Origin: Zygophlyctis sp. KS116
Taxonomy: Eukaryota; Fungi; Chytridiomycota
DNA length: 32,000 nucleotides
Assembly (NCBI GenBank): GCA_054661495.1
Contig: BAAFSQ010000070.1
Span: forward strand, 1 to 32,000
Direction: 5' to 3'
The notes below the pieces were generated by a model that made no database searches, was not told where the DNA came from, and worked only from the letters and a program-made list of their open reading frames with translations. Below, piece after piece: positions 1 to 12,582 of the stretch (its first letter is position 1; each line of letters starts with the position of its first letter). Both the position numbers and the translations under genes were made by a program.

Positions 1-1260
1 TTATTTGGCTTTCTTGGCTTTTGAAGTTGCTCTATAGCGTTTTGAGAAGGACTAATTGATCGTGACAGAGCCTTTGGTATTTTAGGAGTTTCAGCTTGAG
101 TGTTACGTTTGTCTTCCAAGGAAATTTGGTGGAAATTAACAGAGAAGGATGGTGTAACTATCAACTATTAAGAATAAAAAATACCTGGGGAATCAGTAGA
201 GCCAGGGGAAGATATGGGTTCCTAGGAATTAGAATCAAGCAAAGTTTCAGAGCTTCGCTCCCTAACTCGCATATTACATACAGCTAAATCCAACATCCAA
301 ACACCAATCAAATTAGAGTCTTTAGAAACACCAACTACTCTTTTTTCTTTTTCAAATACAAAAAAATCATCAACATTTGGCCATAATGCATCTATAGAGT
401 TTACACTCGACCATGGTTCCCATGAAAATGCCTTGAACGAATTGCTAGTTGCTGTATATAGTAATGAACCATCATGAGAAAAACTAATCAATTTTGGATT
501 ATTGATTTTATGTGATGTAGATATACATTCAAAGCTTTGCAAATCAAAAACCTTTATAAAACCATCCGTCGAAGTTACCGCCATTAAAAATTCCGTAGGA
601 TGAAAAGTTAGAGAATTGATAGCTCCTGATATATCACTGATTGAATGAATTAATTTTCCTGCAGTCATATCTATATCGTGAGAAGGAACACGTACCCCAA
701 ATTTTTACAGTAGAATCAGCACTTCCCGTAGCAATCCATCTTCCGTCTGGAGTAATTTTCAAGACTTGAATTTGTTCCTGATGCCCCTGATAAGTTTGAA
801 TACAACCTTTTCTACGTAAATCCCAAATTTTTACAGATAAATCCTTTGATCCTGATGCAAAGAAATCTCCAAAAGGATGAAATTCTAAAGCGGTTGTAGT
901 AGACTTATGTCCGATAAGTGTCCTAACAACTTTAGCAGAGTCCAGATCCCATAGTTTTACTGCTCCTCCAGCTGATCCCGCTACTACTAATTCCTCTTGC
1001 CAATCTAAAGCGACTGAAGATACTGCGCTAGAATGCCCAGCCAAACTCTTATATGTCATTTATATAAACAATACCAGGAGCGGATTCTTGTTTCCCAATG
1101 CCCATACGCTAACTTTTCTATCTTCTCCTCCTGTTGCTAGGACCTGCCCAGACTTTTTACCGATAGCTGTGCAGAGCACTAATGATTCTTGTGGCAGATC
1201 ATAAAGTTTCATTGCCACTAACGCGAGTTGCAGAATTTCTGAGGCGTTTCTTATTAGCAT
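1..1260 (-). CDS. KATNB1: Katanin p80 WD40 subunit B1, 3' end runs off the window; start is ATG 1260 or 1212
   Basis: WD40 repeats with katanin-p80 signatures (GKKSGQVLATGGEDRKV, LEFHPFGDFFASGS, WDLRRKGCIQTY, TPDGRWIATGS, WDMTAGK, FSWEP). The frame is restored by GT-AG introns 1048-1074, 671-695, 222-281 and 158-184, and stays open to base 1. Confidence 0.88.
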
Positions 1261-1433
1261 TTAAGCGATTTAACTCATTTCAGTATTTTCCCCATAGTTA
1301 GGACAATACCATGTGGTCTATTGAAATCTTTTCATATGAATGAGATCTTGCACCATCAGTGTCAAAAAAATGGATAAACGTGAGCCGACTAATTTATTAA
1401 CAGTGATTGATTTGAAAGATCCATTCACTAGAT

Positions 1434-2215
1434 TTAATTTGTCGAGGAATGTGATCCCAACGTTGATATTCCTAAAAACTTTATGATCCATTCTAAAATC
1501 ACGCTTGAATCAAATACTTGTTTTTCCAAATTTTCCAAAACCTGAGTTGTAAATTCACTAGTCCATAAAAACTTTCTTACGCTGACTATTTTTTCCACCA
1601 TGTCCCTAGTAAACTCTGGATGACCTTGTAAACACAAATATCGATCCTTATAAACTGCAAATTGTGCTTCACACTTGTCCGAACTTGCTAAAATCACCCA
1701 GTCTTGCGGTAATTTTGACACAATGTCCTGATGCATAGATTGAATCTTGAATTGCTGTATTTTTGTATAATTTAATCCTTCAGAATTACACTTTAACAAT
1801 GTCGGTCCAACTTCCCTATTTTTTAGGAATTTAAATGATAAATCTACCATCCTAAAATATTCTTTTCCACTTTCCCTCCTAGAGCCAAAGAAAGGACCTG
1901 AAATCCAAAACATATCCCAACAATCTTAATATCCGTCGACTCATGAACAAATCTTAGAAATTCAATTAACTTTGCAATCCATTCTTTAGACTCGTAAGCA
2001 GACGCACTAGATCTAAGTGTTAATATTATAATATTTATGATATACCCAGAAATAACAAAACTCGTGTACGCTGATACATTATGCGGTAATTCCCCTTGAT
2101 ATGCTTTGAACGGAACTAATTCTGTATTTAAAGATTTACCAAAAATGCTATAATAGTCGCCATAAGTCTCGAAAACTGGTCCGGCGGGAAGATCGCAGAG
2201 CAAAAGTCCAATCAT
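1434..2215 (-). CDS. Class I glutamine amidotransferase-like protein (GMP-synthase GATase-like)
   Basis: Catalytic GICFGFQ and QGHPEF motifs. Introns 2013-2045 (33 nt, gives ISGSSAS) and 1816-1847 (32 nt, gives GWEVG). Confidence 0.85.
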
Positions 2216-2478
2216 TTTGTAGGGCGCTCATGAGTTTCTGTATAGTTTCGGTGCTTCTATACTATGCTAAAACCCCGAAAAAGTCGGTCATTGAGGCTGA
2301 TAACAGTGATTTATTTAAACTAAAATGTAAACGCTCTATACCACTATTTACAGGAATTGAATGTGAATGCTCTATTTACAAGATTTGGGTATGATTCACT
2401 GATAGACAATTCGTATAGCCTAATTTCACAATTGCTGATTTATATGAATTATTTTGTAAAAACTGAATTTTGCAGTTT

Positions 2479-3597
2479 CTAAAAAAAAGTAGCAGGCACA
2501 TGCATTGCCAAACCATGGTACTTTTCTAAACAGTCCAACCTCTGATCTCCATAAAAAAACAGCATCCATTTATCATCAATTTTAAAATTCCCGTCTGACC
2601 TATCAAAATACCTAAGTATTAAAAGCTTTATCTACCATTTATTCACTGGATTATCTATTCGAGATCTCCAAAATAAATTTGGATATATACAAACTAATTT
2701 TTTCCATAACAAGTCTGATACTCCCATCCCTTGCGTATCTGGATCCACACCAAATTTGTCTAAATAAGCCAGTCCTTGTTCTTTTGTAACAATAATTACT
2801 CCTAAATAATCTCCAGCAATAATTATACTATCCATCTTGTCTTTTAATCTTTCTTCAAAAGTAGATTGTATATTTTTTCCAAAAGATTTAGATAGTAAAC
2901 TATAAAGCCTTGATAAATCCACATTTTCCAAGGATTTTTCTACTTTTAAATTAAATCCAAGTCTAACTAGAGAAATTGGATAATCAGAATCTTTAAATTT
3001 CTCTGAGAGTAGAGTTGAATCGAAATTTTTTAGATCCTTTACAGACATAATCATTCCTAGAGTATTTTTACTCACTGATAAAACATTTGACATTATACCC
3101 AATTCCCTTGATAATGATTGTGGAGACTCCAACTCTTTCAAATTGATTAATTTCTGAGAACTTCCTCCATTGTTATTTGTTATAATAAACCTATCCAAAT
3201 TGACATTTGACTCTAGTAATAGTTTTGAAATTTTTGTTGAAACCATGTCTGATGACTCCTTTATATAAGATGTAGAATTCAAATCTAGAATTGTAGAATC
3301 GAAAACTGGAATATAATTTCCATTTAAGAGAATTGTACTAATAAATTCCCTAGAAAATTGATATTGTCCCTTTTCCTTGACTAGAATTCCTCTATGAAAC
3401 GGAAGAAATTTACAATTTGTAGATTTAAAGCTTGAAATTGACTCTAAGAGTATCCATGGTTCTAACAATGGCTGAAATTCTATGAATTCCTGTAAATAAA
3501 ATAGTCCGATATTTCTTTTAGATAATTTACGACATAAAACTTGAGCTTCTCTTGGACTTGGATGAGATTTGAGTAAATTTAGAATTAATTCCTTCAT
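2479..3597 (-). CDS. ARG2: N-acetylglutamate synthase-like protein (C-terminal NAT/DUF619 domain)
   Basis: [38 protein letters not shown] motif, completed by 24-nt intron 2612-2635; stop at 2479-2481. ARG2 rather than ARG5,6 is inferred from the short length. Confidence 0.75.
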
Positions 3598-3607
3598 TGC
3601 TAATCTC

Positions 3608-3634
3608 TAGGAAAATAGGAAAAATAGGAAAATA
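3608..3634. repeat. Three tandem TAGGAAAA(A) units in the ARG2/SNT2 divergent promoter
   Basis: taggaaaa taggaaaaa taggaaaa ta, read directly. Confidence 0.8.
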
Positions 3635-3698
3635 CCAGTGTCCGAACACTGTCAAACGTAAAACGGGAAAAGTGGCAAGCACAAGGGTTAGTGCATCA

Positions 3699-6600
3699 AT
3701 GATCAACGGCGATTTCGTTTTTCTAAAGCCCAACAAACCGCTAGAATCATTTTATATCGGAAGAATTGTGGATTTTAAAAATGATTCAGTCCAGGTCAAT
3801 TGGTTTTACCGATGTAGAGATCTCAATGGGCGGGGAGATCCAAGAGAATTAATTGCATCGATGGATTGTGATTGGAATCCGATTTCTTCTATTCATTCTA
3901 AAATAACTGTATCACATCTTTCAAAAGTAGCAGATTTGAAGGAATTTAAACTCGTTGAAGCTTGTTTTTACTATGATAAATTATATGACAAGTTTACTAA
4001 AAAGACTTATCAGGTAATTCCGTTGAATCAGATCAATAATCTGCCAAATCAGTACAAAAATTTACTGAAAACGGAATTTCTATTGATTGAAGAAAAAAGT
4101 CAAAAGAAATTTACTCAAAGGAGGAACTGCGCAGCGTATTATTTTTATTATTTTTTTATATTTTTAGATGTGAAACTTGGGTCAATCCAACAGAGTCAAA
4201 TGTTGTTTGCGCAAAGTGTAGACGAGGGTTTCATCTGAGCTGTGTAGGTCTTAAAAGGGAATTGCCAAAAAGGGGTTATGGGTGGGTCTGTGGTTGTAAT
4301 TAGATTTTTATAACTTTTAGTATGTACAAAAGTACAATCAGACATTGAGTCTTGCTCTGATTTAACAGAATTTTCAGATATTTCAGAAGATGAAGAAGTT
4401 CAAATGTTAGGTTCAGGTTTAGAAGTGGAGCCTGGTAATAAATGGCCTTGGAGATATTTTGGTGATTATTCAAGATTAGAAGATTTGGTGAATGATCCTG
4501 AAGGTAGGCCAAAGGCTGGAAGTAGAATAGGGAAAAAGTAGGTTAAAATAGGGAATTTACATGTAGTTTTCAAGCTGTGGATTTACCAATTCCTGGGATG
4601 GAAGATGTTGATAAACCTCTTGGGGAAATATTGGCAGCAGATATTTCTATAAAAGAAAATGTTACACCTCCAGTGTCTCAATTACCGATGATATCGGATC
4701 AATTACAGGCTCAAGCCCAAGTTCCAATCAAAGTTAAAAGAGGTCGTGGAAGGCCTAGGAAAAATATAAACACAATTCAACAGTTAGAAGCTACAGATCA
4801 AGCACGGGCATTGAATGAAATCAATCAACAAATGTTACAGGCAGCTAGGCGTAAGGAAAAAAGGAAAATGGATGTTAATGAATTGATGATTCCTGAAAGA
4901 GGAAATGAAACAAGCTTTTCTCCAGAAAAAATTACTTTAAACGATTGTAAGCTTGTCTTTTTGTCTAAAATTAGTAAATGATTATATAAGTCGTATTCAT
5001 TCACATTATAAACTACCGAATTTAAATGCCGATTTAATACAAATATCGCTAAACTACCTGCATAAATTTAAATATAACTCAGAAGAAGCATTCAAAAGTT
5101 TATCTATGAAAAAATTGAATGATTTATCGGGAGATGAAAATTGGGTTCCGGCTGATGTTCAATTATTTGAAAAATGTTTCTTGGAAAACGGAATGGAATT
5201 ATCTGAATTTCAAACGGCGATTCCACAAAAGAGTATGAAAGATATTGTTTCTTTTTCTTACAAATGGAAAAATTCTCCACGATTTATATCTTTATACAAT
5301 CAGCATCGAGCCAAGACTCGTTCCAAAATGAAGTCTGGTGATTTGAAGCTATTTGGGGCTTTAAGCGAAATTAATTCAGATGCATCATCTGAATCTGATG
5401 CTGAACCGGTAGTGGATCTCCCGGCTGAAGGAGTTGAATGCGGTTTGTGTAAAATTAAAAAGTCTGAAAAATGGGGAGTTAAGTACGTTCCAAAAAGAGT
5501 TTTCCTTTGTGTTGACTGTGATCTTCATTGGATGAAATATAGTGTAGCTCGTGACGATATTGATAATCTGAAGAAACTCAACACGCAAATGTTAAAGAAA
5601 GAGATTGTTGAACCTAGTAACGCAGCTTTGGGCAAAAGAAAACTCTCGGAAGAATCTCCTCCGAAAAAGAAAAAACTACTATTGCATGAAGTGGAGAAGT
5701 TTGTAGGTCTACGATTTTTAATTCAAAGGGATTTGAGGTTGAAATAACAGCAGAAGAGAGGGCTGAAACAGAAGAAGAGTTAAAAGCGAGATCTTGTGCA
5801 GTATGCTCTGAAAATGTAGAAAATCAACTTTTAACATGCACTGATTGTAAACTCAAAGTCCATCGCAGCTGTTATGGATATTATGAAAATGATATTTTTA
5901 GATGTGATCGTTGCAATAATATTAAAACTCCCGAAGCGTCGCTTGTAAGTTAATCCTAATATTCATAATTCTAGAACTATGCGTGTATATTTTGTCTAAA
6001 AAACATTCCCAACAGGCTTTCGGCTGTTAAAAGAACAATTGGTAACAATTGGGCTCATTTAATATGTGCAATATGGATTCCTGAAGTCAAGTTTGGTGAT
6101 CCTAATTCTATGAAGCCTGTGGAATGTTCTGGTCATATTCATTACAATATGTGGGCCGCGGTAAGTTTTCTATATATCTGATGAGAAGAAAACTTGTGCA
6201 ATATGCCATTCATCCCATGGAGTGACTATTCGATGCTGTGAGCGTAAGTGTTCTAATTTTGTTCATGCGAGCTGTGCTTTGATAGACTCAGAATGTGTGA
6301 CAATTATTGGCGAAATGCGCGGGAGTAATTTGCCCTTTGAACCAATGCTGTTTTGCAGGCTTCATTCTAGAAAATCGGTATGAAAACTTAAACTCACGTT
6401 TAGAAGAATAAATCATCTTTAGAATCTTCTCAATCTGATCTTATCAGGCAATTTATATGTCAAAACAAAAGCGTTGGTGTGAATTTGGTTACTACTGGAG
6501 AAAGGCGAGCCTATTCATTTTTGCTTCCTGATTCATGTGATTGCCATATACCTTCTCCCATTAGAATTGTCAAAACTCCAAAAACCAACCATAACTCTTT

Positions 6601-6781
6601 GCAGTTGGCTGCTGAAAAAAAAGTACGTAAATCTTGCTTCAACTGCTCAAACGACAGTTCACCATTTTGGTGGCCCATTACGCGAACTTTTGATGCAGAC
6701 GGACAGAATGAATCAGCTGGACCATTTTTCGAGTGCCAAAAATGCAAATGGGGATATAGTCATCGAAAGATAAATCGTTAG
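3699..6781 (+). CDS. SNT2: SNT2-like chromatin protein (BAH, PHD, ELM2/SANT, AT-hook, PHD/ePHD, GATA-like Zn fingers)
   Basis: BAH (FYIGRIVDF..VNWFYR..DPRELIASM), PHD C4HC3 patterns, KRGRGRPRK AT-hook, SANT-like helix, WAHLICAIWIPEVKF and C-terminal CFNC..SPFWW..CQKC. Introns 4136-4167, 4296-4320, 4538-4566, 4947-4974, 5703-5728, 5945-5974, 6161-6188 and 6378-6403 join the ORFs in frame. Confidence 0.85.
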
Positions 6782-6907
6782 TTTAGTGTACACAATATAT
6801 TGCTTATTTTTAATTTTCACAATATCTAGCGCAAACTCGTCTGGAAAGACAGGTAGGTAACCTCAGAAAAACATTATTTTGGAAATTTTTCTTATTCAAA
6901 TTCTTCC

Positions 6908-8112
<1,205 letters not shown>

Positions 8113-8134
8113 TTTTCGCTTTTTTTAATTTTTC

Positions 8135-8300
8135 AAACTCAGCGGTTTTGTTTACGCTGACGTCACCGTACGCGAGTCGCGCGGCTCAGTGGCGTAGCAT
8201 CAACACGCGTTCAGCATGCTCAGTGTCCCCTACTAGTGCACTCAAGGGGCTGCCGAGCCCTTACGCTGGGCGTATAATCTTTACGTGCGTACTAGATCTC
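8135..8300 (-). promoter_or_regulatory. CpG/GC-rich actin upstream region with palindromic sites
   Basis: Local GC and CpG jump directly upstream of the actin ATG. Contains TGACGTCA 8158-8165, ACGCGT 8205-8210 and repeated TACGC/GCGTA. Confidence 0.65.
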
Positions 8301-8362
8301 ATGGATCATCTTAAAATCTTATATTATAATTGATTTAATAAAAAAACTAGATAAAATCTCTA

Positions 8363-8394
8363 TAATACGCAATCATCTAATACGCAATCATCTA
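8363..8394. repeat. 15-bp direct tandem repeat TAATACGCAATCATC x2
   Basis: Exact copies at 8363-8377 and 8378-8392, immediately 3' of the stop of the Dam-like gene. Confidence 0.9.
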
Positions 8395-8397
8395 GGT

Positions 8398-9780
8398 CTA
8401 TATCCCTTTTCCCATATCACAAAGTGCAGATACAACTTCTTCAAGTCTACTAGTATCACTGTAATAATCCAAGGAATAAAGATTGTTGAAAGTAGAATTG
8501 GGGAACTGGGCTTGCTCTTGTAAAACATTGAAATTAGGTACTTGAATAGGTAAAATAGCAGACCAAGAGTTGACTCCAGGAATAAGACCAATACTTTTAA
8601 AGATTTGACAGAATTCCTTGACATTTGGTCCTAAATAAAAAACTATAAAAGTATCAAATGCATAGTCATCACTAGAAGAATCTTTCAAATGACGTAAAAC
8701 ACAATATGGATGTTGTAAGACTGGAGTACACCAATCAGCTCCCATTTCAGCTCTAATTAGAAAAAGTCCTTCTGCAAATTCTTTACTAGAGAATTTAGTA
8801 AAAATTGTTTGAAGAGCTCCTTCAATTCCATCAGCCTGACTTGTACAAGGCCCAACAGATTTTAGTTTTGGAATACAACACCAAACACGACCATACCAGT
8901 CTTTTGACTCTTTAAATTCATCTACAGAATGGATATTTATATCAAATTCCTGTCCCAAGACTACATTACGACCAATCATTTGTGTAAAAGAAGCATCAAA
9001 AGGAAATTCCAAAGATGCTTTAGGAGTAGAATATGCAGTAGGAGGAGGAGTCCCTAAAAACTGATTTTTTGGAGTGCTCTCTGTACCTTTGGATTTTGCA
9101 GCAATTCTAGAACTTGACCTGGCCCTAGACCCTGAATTCCTGTTTTTTGAGGGAGGAGTAGATGGAATTGATGCAGTTTCTAAAAAATTTGAAGCATAAT
9201 CTTGAAATTCTTCCTTTAAATCTCCTAAATTTTGTAAATCTGATTCTAAATTTGAATCAATTTCATTAAAATCATCAGAACTTTCATCACTATCATCATA
9301 TTTAGCCTTTTTCAAAGATTTTCTCTTCTTTTTCCCATTTTTTTCCTTTTTAAATGATTTTTCCTTGAAAGTTTTCCCAATATATCCTTTTCTTTCTAAA
9401 AAATTTTCTAAAAAAGAAGTAGTAATTGTAGCAGCTCCTCCTAGAAAAGATTCTTCATTAACTCCTACCCATGCTTCCAATAGTAATTCTTTTGGTACTT
9501 TTGCTAATAACTGACAATGTGACTGATAAGTCGGAGGAGATAATGGTGAATTTAGAGATAGCAGTCCTGATTCTATTTCAGAGTATATTTTCCAAGAGAT
9601 TATATATTCATAAGTTGTAGATTTAGAAAATCCCAATTGAGCTTTAGTCCAAGCTAAAAATTCCTTTTGAGATCCCATGCATTTGTCCTTGTAATACATA
9701 TCATGCAGTATCTGACCAATGACAACAAAAGAGTCTGAATTCTTTTTCTCGTCCAGAATCTTTGCTTTTGAATCTTCCAT
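8398..9780 (-). CDS. Intronless protein: N-terminal DUF3102/ParB-type HTH-like region, basic/acidic linker, C-terminal phage-Dam-like N6-adenine methyltransferase fold with degenerate catalytic motif
   Basis: N-terminus FVVIGQIL..EFLAWTKAQLGFSKSTTYEYI..PTYQSHCQLL..EAW. C-terminus WYGRVW, EGLFLIRAEMGADW, HPYC, IVFYLGPNVKEFCQIFKSIG resembles the Dam family, but NPPY reads CIPK. Start uncertain (9780, 9819 or 9855). Confidence 0.62.
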   Translation of the reverse strand: MEDSKAKILDEKKNSDSFVVIGQILHDMYYKDKCMGSQKEFLAWTKAQLGFSKSTTYEYIISWKIYSEIESGLLSLNSPLSPPTYQSHCQLLAKVPKELLLEAWVGVNEESFLGGAATITTSFLENFLERKGYIGKTFKEKSFKKEKNGKKKRKSLKKAKYDDSDESSDDFNEIDSNLESDLQNLGDLKEEFQDYASNFLETASIPSTPPSKNRNSGSRARSSSRIAAKSKGTESTPKNQFLGTPPPTAYSTPKASLEFPFDASFTQMIGRNVVLGQEFDINIHSVDEFKESKDWYGRVWCCIPKLKSVGPCTSQADGIEGALQTIFTKFSSKEFAEGLFLIRAEMGADWCTPVLQHPYCVLRHLKDSSSDDYAFDTFIVFYLGPNVKEFCQIFKSIGLIPGVNSWSAILPIQVPNFNVLQEQAQFPNSTFNNLYSLDYYSDTSRLEEVVSALCDMGKGI

Positions 9781-9817
9781 TTTTGAGTTTTTTTGGATCC
9801 TAGCCCAGAGACTAGAC

Positions 9818-10857
9818 ATGAATATTGTTCCTGGACTCAAGACTGATAAATTCATTCTTGGCTCTCCATTCCAGCTACATGATAATTCTCAACTGATTTT
9901 TTCTTGTCAAAAAGAGTCAATGGTGCTGATTGTAGAAAATTCCATTCTCTTGAGATTTGATTCTAATCAGTTTTTAAGTCAAATTGAAATTTATAAATTA
10001 GAAAAGAGAAATTGGACTATGCACTCTAATCTGCTCTCTTCTCAAAATATTATTCCTACGTTTGATCATGTTTATAGAATTATGGGACCAACGCTCAAGG
10101 GAACGATTCAAAATAAGAATTATATCTTGAAATATCCAGGAATTAGTTTCTTTTTTACTATTCCAATGGAATTTATACAAACTCTGTCAACCCTAGATGA
10201 TTTACCATTCAAGTTACCGGATGGGACATGTTTAGTTTTGGATAGAATTACAGTGTACAAGGAATCACCTGTAAATGTAAATGTAGACGTACAAGTAAAT
10301 TCAAAAGTAAATGTAAAGGTAAAAGTAAATGTAAGTTTTTTTTCTATAAAGACTTTAAAGGACAATACTATAAGTGTTTATGATTATGAATCTTTTTCTT
10401 TTGATTCTAGCTCAATAGACGTATTATGTATTTTAGGAAAACCAGACTTGGTTTATAATTGTCAGGGATTATCAAAATCTAAATTATGGAGTTTAGATGT
10501 TTCTTGGGTTTGTAAGTTTAATAAATCTAAAAAAAAGATAAATCTCTAGGATTTGAAATAATTTTTCATGATACAAATACTATAAAACAAATTGTTTTAC
10601 ACTATAATGTTCCTGGACACTGGGATTTTTACAAATTTAGAAAATGCTTGTTTGAATTTAAATCTGGTAATGTTGTTTTTACTCATAGCACACCATGGAA
10701 GACTCTAAAAAGTTTTAAAAGTCTTGGTCCTCCTCTTTTAGTACATAAGAATAGATGTAGTTTTGGATCAACATATTTTCATGGATTTGAAAGATTTATA
10801 GCACAGGTTTCAAAAAATGAGACTATAGTCTCTATTATTATATCTAAAACTTTATAA
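9818..10857 (+). CDS. UPF0183 / PHAF1 (C16orf70)-family protein
   Basis: MNIVPG..FILG, LRFD, PTFDHVYRIMGPT, YILKYPGISFFF, LGKPD, KQIVLHYNVPGHWDF..RKC, GSTYFHG. Intron 10512-10537 (26 nt) restores the frame; probable in-frame intron 10331-10360. Confidence 0.8.
10271..10336 (+). repeat. Hexamer GTANNN array encoding VNVNVDVQVNSKVNVKVKVNVS
   Basis: GTA at a 6-nt period in 10 of 11 units. Confidence 0.85.
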
Positions 10858-10858
10858 A

Positions 10859-11716
10859 TCAAACTGCAGTTTTCCTAATTGGTTTTTGTGGGGCTATTAC
10901 TTGATTTGAAATATTCAAGGATGATTTAACACTAGATTTTACAGATTCCTTTAAACTGTAATTTTTTTCTACAACAGGAACAGGTTGAACAGGTTGATCA
11001 GTTTTGTTTTCTAAAATTTCTGGGTATTTGATAAAAAGATTTACTAGAGCTGGTTCAAGATTTAGACACGGTGAAAATATCAATTGAAGATTTAGTACGC
11101 TCATCTTGTTTAATTGTGAATTATTCATGACTTGGTTTAAATGACTAAATAGAGCATGTGCCAACAATCTATTTTCTCTTGGAAGAAACTTGCATGCATT
11201 TGTAAGATTTGTGATTGAATCCAAGTCTGATTTTGGTTTTCTAAAATTTAACTATAGAAATGCGTACAGATCCACTGAATTTTGCGAATGATGAGTATCA
11301 TAAAACAGTTTTTTGACATCATCTGTAATTAGCGGTGATGGCAATTCCCTATAGTACATTTTTAGAATTGCCGCCACTGCATGTATATCTGCAGTTGAAG
11401 AAATTTCATAATTTTGTGAATTTTGAAATTCTTTAGTAAGAGCATTAATTTCCTTTATTGATGCAGAAACTCTGTATAATCCAACTTCTTCTGTATGTCT
11501 ATTTAAAAACTCTAGAGTGTTTGCTACGACTGTTGGAAGTCCGCGTGTCTCTGAAATCCGGACAGCCTCTGCTATTTCAACGCCAAAAACACCACTTTTT
11601 AAAGAATTTGGAGATTGATATCCTTTAAAAGATTTTAAAATTTCAGTCTTTTTTTCTATAGAATACTCTTTTGCCTTTTTAGTAAATGTATCAACCTTTA
11701 TCAAGAAATTATTCAT
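10859..11716 (-). CDS. Small RhoGAP-domain protein
   Basis: VFGV, EVGLYRVS (arginine finger), DIHAVAAILKMYYRELPSPL, LPRENR, NKMS..NLQLIFSP. Intron 11241-11267 (27 nt). Confidence 0.88.
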
Positions 11717-11773
11717 TTTTAATTGGTAAAGAAAATCCAAAAAAAATTTTACTGCTTTTTTTTATTGGCTTTT

Positions 11774-12379
11774 TTATTGAGGAGCGTTTTTATCTCCTTT
11801 TAAAGAAATCAAAACTTGTTTCAGTCTACTAGTATCCTTTCCAGAACTCTTTTTTTTGACTGAATTTTTATCTGTGGTTTTAACTCCTTGAGCATCAATC
11901 AACTTTACAGTTTTTTCCTAAGCATTAAAAGCATTTCAAAGCGATAAAATTTTACTTAAGCATTTCCTCTTTCAAATTTTGTTAATTAAAAACCTTACCC
12001 AGACACTAAGACTATCAGAGAGTGATTTCTCGACTGTTTCTTTATTCCTTGTAATATTTTTAGCTTTTTTATCATTATATTCTGCATAGAATTTCTCTAT
12101 AGAATTTTTTGCAGCTTTTAAGACTAAATCATGCTTAGATTTAGATTTTTCATCTCTTTCTAACACAGTAGCCTTAAAATTTTCCTTGAAATTGAGAATT
12201 GCGGAAGACTCTTCTTGTTTAGGAGAAAGTATTGTATTTTCAGTCATTGGAATTTCAGGAAATAAACAAGTTTCCTCTTGTTGAACTATTGGTTCTGGAA
12301 AAAGGTTTGAATCATCTCCAAAGAGAGCAGCAGCTTCAGTTGTCCCTAAAATCTCTTGTTCTCGTGCCAAAAAATCCAT
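11774..12379 (-). CDS. CLC1: Clathrin light chain
   Basis: DFLAREQEILG N-terminus, IEKFYAEYNDKK, W-EKTVKLID and KDTSRLKQVLISLKGDKNAP after removing 81-nt intron 11918-11998. Confidence 0.88.
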
Positions 12380-12582
12380 TTAGGGGAATTTTTACAATGA
12401 GCGTTGTAGTGAATAAGGTTTAAACACACTTAATTAAAGCCAATAAGAGTCTGGACCTTTGGGATTGCTAGGGTAATTTACTTCTCCTAGACTTAATTAC
12501 GTAACAAATTAAAGGAATATTATATAGGAATATTATTCAAATTCCTAAAGCTAATAATTTCATATAAAGAATCAAAGAATCA

